Below, in pieces: positions 24,712-32,000 of a stretch of 32,000 bases of DNA. Position 1 is the stretch's first letter, and each line of letters begins with the position of its first letter. A program made the translations under genes and the position numbers. A model generated the notes under the pieces. The model was not told the DNA's origin, did no database searches, and saw only the letters and a list, made by a program, of their open reading frames with translations. The DNA comes from Microcystis aeruginosa NIES-843 (GTDB lineage: Bacteria > Cyanobacteriota > Cyanobacteriia > Cyanobacteriales > Microcystaceae), in assembly GCF_000010625.1 (NCBI RefSeq), contig NC_010296.1, forward strand, positions 5,130,001 to 5,162,000, given 5' to 3'.

Positions 24712-24776
24712 AGCTATTGACAACGCCAAATTCAACCTTTTGATCAGGTGGTGGCACTCACCTGATTTATTTTTAG

Positions 24777-25868
24777 CTATACATTAAAACGGAATAGTAA
24801 AACATCACCCTCTTGAACAATGTATTCCTTGCCTTCACTTCTGACTAAACCTTTTTCTTTGGCCGCGCTCATCGTGCCACTATTAACTAAATCCTGATAA
24901 GACACGGTTTCTGCACGAATAAAACCCCGTTCAAAATCCGAGTGAATAACTCCGGCTGCCTGGGGTGCTTTCATCCCAGAAATAATCGTCCATGCGCGGG
25001 TTTCTTGGGGTCCAGTGGTGAGATAGGTACGCAGTCCTAATAACTCGTAGGTAGCTTTAATTAAAGATTTTAATCCCCCTTCTTCTACTCCTAAAGAACC
25101 GAGAAAATCTTTTCTTTCTTCCTCCGACAATTCCACTAATTCCGATTCTACTTGAGCAGAAACGATCACAACTTTGGCCTGTTCCTCTTGGGCAATTTTA
25201 CGGACACTTTCTACCCAATCATTACCCGTGGCCAGATCATCTTCGCTCACATTAGCGGCATAAATAATCGGTTTACGACTCAATAAACCGAGATTTTTAA
25301 TTAATTCTTCTTCCTCTTTGCTTAAATCCACTTTTCGCGCCGAAATACCGTCATTAAGACAAATTAGGATTTTTTCAAGGATAGCCAATTCTTCGGCGGC
25401 TTCCTTGCTATTTTTCGCCTGTTTGCGTAAACGTTCCACCCGCTTCTCCACCTGTCCCAAATCCGCTAGAGCTAACTCTAGATTAATCACCTCGATATCC
25501 CGGGCCGGATCCACGGACCCGGAAACATGAATAATATCATCATTATCAAAACAGCGCACCACATGAACGATCGCGTCCACTTCCCGGATATTAGCCAAAA
25601 ATTGATTACCCAATCCTTCCCCGCGACTCGCACCCTTGACTAATCCGGCGATATCGACAAATTCAATCCGCGTCGGCACGATTTTCTCAGAATTAGAGAT
25701 TTTAGCCAAAACCTCCAGACGTTCATCGGGGACGGATACCACACCCACATTCGGTTCAATGGTACAAAAGGGGAAATTAGCGGCCTCGGCCTTGGCATTA
25801 GCCACCAGAGCGTTAAATAGGGTCGATTTACCCACATTTGGCAGTCCCACGATTCCAGCTTTCAACAT
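24777..25868 (-). CDS. ychF: Ribosome-binding ATPase YchF
   Basis: MLKAGIVGLPNVGKSTLFNAL start at 25868 gives 364 aa, with the TGS-type C-terminus ...YIVQEGDVLLFRFNV. The track start adds 17 aa. Confidence 0.9.
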   Translation of the reverse strand: MLKAGIVGLPNVGKSTLFNALVANAKAEAANFPFCTIEPNVGVVSVPDERLEVLAKISNSEKIVPTRIEFVDIAGLVKGASRGEGLGNQFLANIREVDAIVHVVRCFDNDDIIHVSGSVDPARDIEVINLELALADLGQVEKRVERLRKQAKNSKEAAEELAILEKILICLNDGISARKVDLSKEEEELIKNLGLLSRKPIIYAANVSEDDLATGNDWVESVRKIAQEEQAKVVIVSAQVESELVELSEEERKDFLGSLGVEEGGLKSLIKATYELLGLRTYLTTGPQETRAWTIISGMKAPQAAGVIHSDFERGFIRAETVSYQDLVNSGTMSAAKEKGLVRSEGKEYIVQEGDVLLFRFNV

Positions 25869-26007
25869 AAAAATTGCTTGATAAACATCATCCCGACCTC
25901 TCACTATATCAGGCTGCATCTCGTTTTTGTGAATCCGGTTGATGAGAAAGACTCTCGATAGTCAACAGCTTAGTTAACATTTGCTGAAAAAATTTTTCCT
26001 GGAGGTA

Positions 26008-26126
26008 GGAGACTCCGATTCAGGAGACTCCGATTCAGGAGACAGGAGATTATTTTTATTTATTCTCCCCATTTCCCCATTTCCCCATTTCCCCATTTCC
26101 CCACACCCCACACCCCACACCCCACA
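26008..26126. repeat. Three adjacent short tandem arrays
   Basis: (ggagactccgattca) x2.4 at 26008-26043, (ccccattt) x4 at 26067-26098 and (ccccaca) x4 at 26099-26126. They are followed by the conserved tail shared with 4522-4560. Confidence 0.85.
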
Positions 26127-26430
26127 CCCACGAAAAACTTATTTAGCAAACCCTAGTTAACATTTATTCAAGTTCCTTAACTAAAAGTAGGCGAGACTTT
26201 ACAAGAGATTGCGAGAATGGGATGTGATGCTTGAGACTGAGTTAGGGTGAAGAGTAAGAAAGAATACACCTGTAGCACTGGGCAAAATTATGGCAAGACA
26301 GGCCTTTCACTTCTAAATACATCCTGAGAGTAATTTTCAGTGCTATGACAGTATATTTCCTAGGGCGATCGAGTGTAAATATCGCCCAATCGCCGCAACT
26401 AATCACTAAATCATTCTTGGGGGTATCTGT

Positions 26431-28464
26431 ATGAATCAAAGTATCGGAGCAAACACCCGTAATGTGGCCCTTGTCGGCCCCTACTCCAGTGGAAAAACCT
26501 CCTTACTGGAAAGTTTACTTTTCGTCACAGGAGCCATCACCAGAAAAGGTAAAATTAGCGATCGCAATACCGTTGGTGATAGTTCCACCCAAGCACGGGA
26601 TCGACAGATGAGTGTAGAAGTTTCCGTTGCCCATAGTCAATACCAAGACCTAAATTTTACCTTTCTCGATTGTCCCGGTTCGATCGAATTTGCCAGTGAA
26701 ACCTATAATGCCCTCGTCGGGGCCGGTGCTGCTATTATCGTTTGTGAACCGGTGGTCGATCGAGTTCTCACCCTGGCTCCCTTGCTAAAATTCCTCGATG
26801 ATTGGGAAATTCCGCATCTAATCTTCATCAACAAGATGGATCGCTGTAATAGTCACTTTAACGAAGTCCTACAAGCTCTCAAATCCGTTTCTAGTCGTCC
26901 CCTCGTTCCCCAGCAATATCCTATCCGTCAGAACAACGAAATTATCGGATTCATCGATTTAATCAACGAACAGGCTTATCATTACCATGCTAACAGTCCC
27001 GCCGATCCTGTCGCTTTACCCGACCACCTCAAGGAAGAAGAACAGATTGCTCGACAAGAAATGCTGGAAACGATCGCCGAATTTGATGATCATCTTTTAG
27101 AAGAACTCCTCGAAGATATTAACCCCTCCCGGGAAGAAATTCTCCAAGACTTAAAACAAGAACTGGGAGCCGATCAGATAGTACCCGTGTTCTTCGGTAT
27201 GGCGGAACGGGACTATGGTGTGCGTCATCTCCTCACCGCTTTAGTGGAAGAAACACCGGCCCCGACGATTACCGCCAATCGTCGCGGTCTCGATCCCAGT
27301 GCGGATGGGGATGCGGTGGTACAAATCCTCAAAACCTATTTTACTCCCCAGGGCGGTCGCCTGTCCCTAGCGCGAGTCTGGCAGGGAACCCTTAGCGATG
27401 GCATGGCCTTGAACGGTGTGCGGATTGGTGGTATCTATCGTCTCATGGGACAACAACAACAACCCTTACAGCAAGCGCAAGCGGGGGAAATTGTCGCTCT
27501 CGGTCGTTTGGAAGGAATCGGCACCGGAGACGTGGTTAGCAGCGGTAGTCAAAAACCCGACCTTCCCAAAGGTTTACAACTCAAACCCGTCTTTGCCTTG
27601 GCCATTGCTGCCGCCAATCGCAAGGATGAAGTGAAATTAAGTTCAGCTTTGACGAAACTGATCGAAGAAGATCCCTCCCTCCACTGGGAACAACACGGCG
27701 ATACTAAAGAAGTGATTCTCTGGGGACAGGGAGAAATTCATCTGCAAGTGGCCCTCGATCGCCTAGCGCGCAAGTATAATCTACCGATGACCACCCATCT
27801 ACCCCAAGTTCCCTACAAGGAAACGATCAAAACCAGTACCAAATCCCACGGACGTTATAAACACCAAACCGGCGGTCACGGTGCTTTTGGTGATGTGTAT
27901 CTCGATATTAAACCCTTACCCCGGGGGGAAGGTTTCCACTTCCATGAAAGCATTGTCGGTGGTGTCGTCCCCAAACAGTATATCCCTGGGGTGGAAACGG
28001 GAGTGCGGGAATATCTCGGTCATGGTCCTTTGGGTTTCCCCGTGGTGGATATTGATGTTACTCTCACCGATGGTTCCTATCACAGTGTCGATAGTTCCGA
28101 ACAAGCTTTTAAACAAGCGGCCCGTCTAGCGATGACGGAGGGACTGCCTAAATGTCATCCGGTCTTATTAGAACCCATTCTATCGGTGACGGTTCTCGCT
28201 CCCTCAGAATACACTGCCAAGGTTTTACAGTTAATCAGTGGTAAACGCGGTCAAATTCAGGGTTTTGAAGCTTCTGCGGAGTGGAAAGGTTGGGATCAGG
28301 TAACGGCCTATCTACCCCAAGCGGAAATGCACGATTTTATCGTTGAATTGCGTTCTTTGACTATGGGTGTCGGTTTCTTCCAGTGGGATGAGGATCACCT
28401 GCAAGAAGTGCCGGATAAACTGCGCGATGCGGTTTTAGCCATGCAGGGTAATGGTAACAAGTAG
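26431..28464 (+). CDS. Elongation factor G paralogue (EF-G2-like translational GTPase)
   Basis: 677 aa. G1 GPYSSGKTS, G3 DCPG, G4 NKMD, and domain IV/V motifs (HSVDSSEQAFK). Confidence 0.85.
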   Translation: MNQSIGANTRNVALVGPYSSGKTSLLESLLFVTGAITRKGKISDRNTVGDSSTQARDRQMSVEVSVAHSQYQDLNFTFLDCPGSIEFASETYNALVGAGAAIIVCEPVVDRVLTLAPLLKFLDDWEIPHLIFINKMDRCNSHFNEVLQALKSVSSRPLVPQQYPIRQNNEIIGFIDLINEQAYHYHANSPADPVALPDHLKEEEQIARQEMLETIAEFDDHLLEELLEDINPSREEILQDLKQELGADQIVPVFFGMAERDYGVRHLLTALVEETPAPTITANRRGLDPSADGDAVVQILKTYFTPQGGRLSLARVWQGTLSDGMALNGVRIGGIYRLMGQQQQPLQQAQAGEIVALGRLEGIGTGDVVSSGSQKPDLPKGLQLKPVFALAIAAANRKDEVKLSSALTKLIEEDPSLHWEQHGDTKEVILWGQGEIHLQVALDRLARKYNLPMTTHLPQVPYKETIKTSTKSHGRYKHQTGGHGAFGDVYLDIKPLPRGEGFHFHESIVGGVVPKQYIPGVETGVREYLGHGPLGFPVVDIDVTLTDGSYHSVDSSEQAFKQAARLAMTEGLPKCHPVLLEPILSVTVLAPSEYTAKVLQLISGKRGQIQGFEASAEWKGWDQVTAYLPQAEMHDFIVELRSLTMGVGFFQWDEDHLQEVPDKLRDAVLAMQGNGNK

Positions 28465-28658
28465 GCGATTTCGCCTCTGGTGTGGTCTATTGAGAAAAGG
28501 GAGAATCCCCCTCCCTTCCCTGATGGGTTACACAAGAGGTAGAACCTCTGGAAATGCGTTGCAAGGGTCTCCCTTGCAACGAGGTAATGGAGTTGCTGTG
28601 GCGATTCGATATATATGTACCAAACAAAAAAAGTGAAAAAGTGCAAGGCTTTATGGCC

Positions 28659-30272
28659 TTACAATTCTTCTCTCTTGCTATTTATCTCAGGGGAAAAAGC
28701 TAATATTTGTGCGGTTTTAAAAATAGCTAAAGCTAAAATACCAAACCAAAACACGAGGTAAATTCTTCCTAAACTTTTAAATATAGGAATATCCTTGGCT
28801 TGATGAAGCCAGTTAAAAGGTAGAAAAATTATACGATTAAATTCTGCGTTCAGGTATTCCCTTTGTTCCGGAGTTGCTCTTTGGCAGGGAGGAAGAGATG
28901 AATTCAATAAGCATCCCAGATTAATCATCCTTTGTCCCAATCGGAAATCCAATCTAGTTCCCGGTACGCCTATATTTTTTTGAGACATTTCCATGATGGG
29001 GTGCATAGTGACGGACGCTAATTGAATGACCATGGCAATAGCTATTATTGCCACCATTAAGTTCCTCCTTATCCCTCGATATGATAGTAAAGATTGCAGG
29101 AAAATGCCAATCAAGGGAATTAAAAGCAATTGCACAGAGGTCACATGATATCTGGCTCCCCAAGCTAAATCTCCGCCCCAGGCAAAAAATCGAGAATATG
29201 CTAATAAATGTAGAAAAAGATTGAGAATATTGACTAGGATATAGATACGAATATATATGTTTATTTTTTTCCAAAGAATGGCAGCTATAACTAAACAGGG
29301 TAATAGCAAAGGATCATAAATAAAAATGCTTTTAGCTGGATCGAAAAGAGCACCGATGAATCCAACGTGATGAGCGTAAATAAAGGGATAGTTTGGCTCT
29401 AGGTTAGGCATTCCATTCCACAATGGATCGGTAGTTAATTGTATCTGTTCCACTTTTTTACCAGACATAAAGAAGCTGCCGTAGCGCCAGTAATCAAAGA
29501 GTCTCCCTATTAAAGTAAAGGGAATAAAACCAAGAATCCAGATTCCAATTGCTTTGATTAATTCTGGTACACTTTGCTTAAGTCTTTCTCGATATTGATA
29601 GATTAGACAACTCAAGAAAAACAGGAAAACCGATAGGGCGTGTATTAGACTTGTTATTCTCATTAACATAGCTCCACCTAAAGCCAGTCCGCTCATAAAA
29701 GCTAGGCTTGGATTTTTGGAGAAGGAATAGGCTAAAGCAGCAACGTAACCTATCATGACAAATAAAAGGATTTGATTGTTCTGTTGATGTATTTGGGCAT
29801 AGTGTAAGAAGGTTGTACCCAAAAAAAAGATAACAGACCCTAATTGGGCAATTCTCTCATTGAAACCAAATTCTTTTAGCAACCAGAAGCAAGTAAGAAC
29901 GGCAGCAATGTTTAAAGGGATAAAAATAAGGAAACTTACCACTAACTGTCGCCAATTTTTTTCTGGAATAGCGGGAAACAAGTAATGAAGCCAAGTCCCC
30001 AATAAATCTCCAGGTAACATCAATAAAGACTGACCTTGTTCATAGGCAATATAACGCTTTCCATCAACTCCTAGAACTCCAAAACGAATATCTCCACGAA
30101 TTTTAGGTTTAGTTTCGGAAGTAACCTGAACTTCTGAATCTTTTGTCCACCAAGCATGGGACATTTGTAATCGCAAACCTGTATCTATGATACCCATATT
30201 TCCAATATTGATGACAAGAAACCATAGCAAAGCGATTAAAGCCAATTCTGCTTTATATTTATTCTTTTTCAT
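28659..30272 (-). CDS. Polytopic integral membrane protein, function unknown
   Basis: 537 aa with many hydrophobic helices. I do not recognise a diagnostic motif. Confidence 0.5.
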   Translation of the reverse strand: MKKNKYKAELALIALLWFLVINIGNMGIIDTGLRLQMSHAWWTKDSEVQVTSETKPKIRGDIRFGVLGVDGKRYIAYEQGQSLLMLPGDLLGTWLHYLFPAIPEKNWRQLVVSFLIFIPLNIAAVLTCFWLLKEFGFNERIAQLGSVIFFLGTTFLHYAQIHQQNNQILLFVMIGYVAALAYSFSKNPSLAFMSGLALGGAMLMRITSLIHALSVFLFFLSCLIYQYRERLKQSVPELIKAIGIWILGFIPFTLIGRLFDYWRYGSFFMSGKKVEQIQLTTDPLWNGMPNLEPNYPFIYAHHVGFIGALFDPAKSIFIYDPLLLPCLVIAAILWKKINIYIRIYILVNILNLFLHLLAYSRFFAWGGDLAWGARYHVTSVQLLLIPLIGIFLQSLLSYRGIRRNLMVAIIAIAMVIQLASVTMHPIMEMSQKNIGVPGTRLDFRLGQRMINLGCLLNSSLPPCQRATPEQREYLNAEFNRIIFLPFNWLHQAKDIPIFKSLGRIYLVFWFGILALAIFKTAQILAFSPEINSKREEL

Positions 30273-30322
30273 GATTGCTCAATAAGTTAAAATTGTTCAC
30301 ATTCAATTTTTGTTTCGCCAAT

Positions 30323-30442
30323 TCAAGTCTGAATTGCATCACTGCCTGATCTATCTTCATAGAATACTTCATTCGGGGTAGGATAGTCAAGACATTTTTG
30401 AGGACGATTGTTAATCAAGTTTACGGCTCTTTCTACTGGAGT
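30323..30442 (-). pseudogene. C-terminal remnant of an IS30-like DDE transposase
   Basis: Own translation: TPVERAVNLINNRPQKCLDYPTPNEVFYEDRSGSDAIQT*. The LNNRPRKxLxxxTPxEVF motif is typical of IS30-family C-termini. A stop lies immediately upstream, and there is no catalytic domain. Confidence 0.5.
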
Positions 30443-30561
30443 TTAGACTAAATGTTTACCCAAGCGGTGATCGCCGAATCGCAAGGGCGATCGCTATTTC
30501 AACGATCAAAGCCTGTTGTTTACATATATTAATAAAACGAGAATAACAGGTTCTTCGTTAC

Positions 30562-30693
30562 TTAGTATGGTTCGATATGGGGGCATAAATCGACTGAATC
30601 CTTATCTGGCAAGAGACTTAATTGATTAGTTCGCTCTAGATCGAAAACAATTGGCAAAAATTGCAGCAATGTCTTTCTATATAAGGGTTTCAT
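30562..30693 (-). pseudogene. Short ORF coupled to the antitoxin stop; probable toxin remnant
   Basis: 43 aa (MKPLYRKTLLQFLPIVFDLERTNQ...) starting in an ATGA overlap with the upstream antitoxin-like gene. It is too short for an intact PIN or RelE toxin. Confidence 0.3.
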
Positions 30694-30869
30694 CCCTTAT
30701 AACCCCCGTCCATTGCATAACACAAACCGAAGAGCCGGCTGGGAGAGATAGAAATGAGTTGAAAGTCTTGACCTTCATTATTTTGAATAATAATTTCTTG
30801 GCCTTCTGCGGCGGCTTTAAGGAGTTCAGGTAGTTGACTTTGGGCTTCGTTTAAAGTTATTTTTAACAT
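30690..30869 (-). CDS. Phd/YefM-like antitoxin (59 aa, below the ORF-track cutoff)
   Basis: Own translation: MLKITLNEAQSQLPELLKAAAEGQEIIIQNNEGQDFQLISISPSRLFGLCYAMDGGYKG*. The N-terminal 45 aa fit the Phd/YefM pattern; the tail is atypical. Confidence 0.55.
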   Translation of the reverse strand: MLKITLNEAQSQLPELLKAAAEGQEIIIQNNEGQDFQLISISPSRLFGLCYAMDGGYKG

Positions 30870-31103
30870 AGCTTTGTTGAGTTAAATATTAATTTTTAGC
30901 TGATAATTTACTTTAGTTATCTCTAATTTATTATGAATTTATTCGAGAATTTTTTCACAATTTTTAAGCAAAAAATCGCCAATTCTTGGCATAATTTAAG
31001 CACTTGTTGGCAATAGCTGATAGCAAGTTCAGGGCGATTGGTTTTGTGGGCGATTTCAGCGAGAAACACCAATTCGGATTTGAAGTAGCGCAATGTTTCT
31101 AAA

Positions 31104-31364
31104 TTATTGGCGATAGACTTCTCTGCGATGTTTACATTGCAAGATGAGTATTGTCTGTTTCGCATCATCAATTTCATAAAGCACTCGATAATCACCGATA
31201 CGGAGACGGTGTTACTGTTCAGAATTTTTTAATTTAACAATGCCAGAAGGACAGGGTTCTATTTCCAAACCCTTAATTTTTTCAAGAATACGACCTTTCA
31301 TAGCATTAGGTAAGTCATCAATCTGTTTTTGTACAGATTTAGAGATTTTAATACTATAACCCAT
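31104..31364 (-). pseudogene. RelE/ParE-family toxin with an in-frame TAA at codon 51
   Basis: Own translation: MGYSIKISKSVQKQIDDLPNAMKGRILEKIKGLEIEPCPSGIVKLKNSEQ*HRLRIGDYRVLYEIDDAKQTILILQCKHRREVYRQ*. The stop is at 31212-31214, where family members have Tyr. Confidence 0.75.
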
Positions 31365-31370
31365 TATGAT

Positions 31371-31605
31371 TTAATCCTTGCTCAAGTATTGTTCAAGGGT
31401 CACATAGTCGCCTGATTGATATTCATCCCGAACTTGCTGAAGTTCTGCTAGGGGTTTCCTCATCGTCTTGATAGGAAGCCTCTTCTGCTTGAAAAATTTG
31501 TTGTTCTAGTATTTCTAATAATTGTTGTTTTTGCGTTAAGTCAAGGGATTTAATGGCTTCGGTTAGAGATTCAAACGTAATTTTAAGATTGATGGTGGTA
31601 CTCAT
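31371..31605 (-). pseudogene. Cognate antitoxin with a frameshift in a C-run
   Basis: Track ORF 31423..31605 ends ...DDEETPSRTSASSG*. Shifting the frame after gaggaaaccc gives LAELQQVRDEYQSGDYVTLEQYLSKD*, which ends at 31371, 6 nt before the toxin ATG. Confidence 0.65.
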
Positions 31606-31839
31606 GAAATTTCTCCTATTTGGATAAAAAGTTAAATTTTGAGAATTGCTTTAATTTTCATGGTTGGTATAGCTGATCAAGGGTTTCTAATTTCCTTCTA
31701 ATGTAACCTGAATTTTTACGAGGAGTTCCTCTCCGTCTTTCATTAGGGTAATGCCTAGCTCCTGGGGGAATTTAAGGGCTTGTTGGCAGTAGTTGAGAGC
31801 GCAATCGCGGTCTTGAGAATTGTCCATCATATTTGAACG

Positions 31840-32000
31840 TTAAGCGACAGCAAAGCCTGTATAGGGTCTAATTTCAGGGGATTTAAAGGCTAAAATAATC
31901 TGGTTTTGAGGGATTCCCGCAGCTACTAATTCATCGGCAATACCATCCTCAGTTCCGTCGTGTTGAATCCAAATTTTTTGATCAATAATATCAATATGTA
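31840..32000 (-). CDS. xisI: XisI-family protein; N-terminal part lies beyond the window edge
   Basis: Own translation: ...HIDIIDQKIWIQHDGTEDGIADELVAAGIPQNQIILAFKSPEIRPYTGFAVA*, matching the conserved XisI C-terminus. Confidence 0.8.
   Translation of the reverse strand, partial: HIDIIDQKIWIQHDGTEDGIADELVAAGIPQNQIILAFKSPEIRPYTGFAVA

Noticed and set aside
1298-28646. Many 60-130 aa track ORFs lying antisense to or out of frame within confident genes. Examples are 1298..1531, 1984..2223, 2532..2927, 3886..4143, 9146..9400, 16709..16957, 16972..17196, 17645..17884, 18688..18918, 20591..20803, 21113..21502, 23272..23811, 25318..25881, 27416..28129, 28395..28646 and 28954..29274.
   Set aside because: All are embedded in longer ORFs with clear family signatures. 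They show low-complexity or compositionally skewed translations and lack independent start-site context.
30651-31195. Track ORFs 30651..30833 (plus) and 30923..31195 (minus).
   Set aside because: The first is the antisense frame of the Phd/YefM-like gene. The second is a chimera: an out-of-frame read through the relE pseudogene tail joined to a TPR-like stub. Neither is a credible intact gene.
1-32000. Searched by eye for CRISPR arrays, meaning regularly spaced 25-40 nt direct repeats with unique spacers.
   Set aside because: None found. The tandem repeats present (21393-21700, 26008-26126, 11288-11365) have no unique spacers of CRISPR-like size.
1-32000. Looked for a DGR template repeat (a second copy of ggttttcgggtggtgtgc or its complement, or an AAC-rich ~120-nt stretch) and for a reverse transcriptase ORF.
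   Set aside because: No second copy and no RT-like ORF were seen in this window. The DGR idea therefore stays a hypothesis about a remote or defunct element, not an annotated system.

Overview
This is a cyanobacterial chromosomal window. The HIP1 octamer GCGATCGC occurs at least 15 times by eye, the pipX-pipY-sepF-proC block and ndhB are present, and the load of repeats and toxin-antitoxin (TA) genes looks like Microcystis or a related genus; the genus is inference only.

Layout:
- 1-4.2 kb: a heptose and glycosyltransferase cluster (gmhA divergent from gmhB-GT-GT).
- 4.5-12 kb: an accessory island packed with type II TA modules (hicAB, relE-like, two higBA-like, parDE-like), PIN gene fragments, MITE-like elements and two ~350-bp direct repeats. 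It also holds a transmembrane Ser/Thr kinase with an extracytoplasmic FGE/C-type-lectin-fold domain.
- 12-13.6 kb: a lone AAA_35/STAND-like ATPase.
- 13.7-21.4 kb: core genes (ykgJ-like, tRNA-Val, DUF2227-like, GT-C membrane protein, proC, sepF, pipY, pipX, ndhB).
- 21.4-24.7 kb: a small insertion-like segment carrying an orphan N6-adenine methyltransferase fused to a specificity domain. It is bracketed by copies of a 28-bp perfect palindrome.
- 24.8-30.3 kb: ychF, an EF-G paralogue and a polytopic membrane protein.
- 30.3-32 kb: a graveyard of decayed genes (IS30-like remnant, decayed TA pairs, TPR fragments) and a partial xisI.

I could not demonstrate a complete novel multi-gene system. The strongest lead is the 3' end of the kinase gene. 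It is adenine-depleted and rich in NNC codons, as expected for a diversity-generating retroelement (DGR) variable region, but no template repeat or reverse transcriptase lies in the window. Second is the ~350-bp repeat family, which carries a near-consensus promoter and flanks a higBA cassette. Third is the methyltransferase islet. No CRISPR array, rRNA gene or intact transposase was seen.
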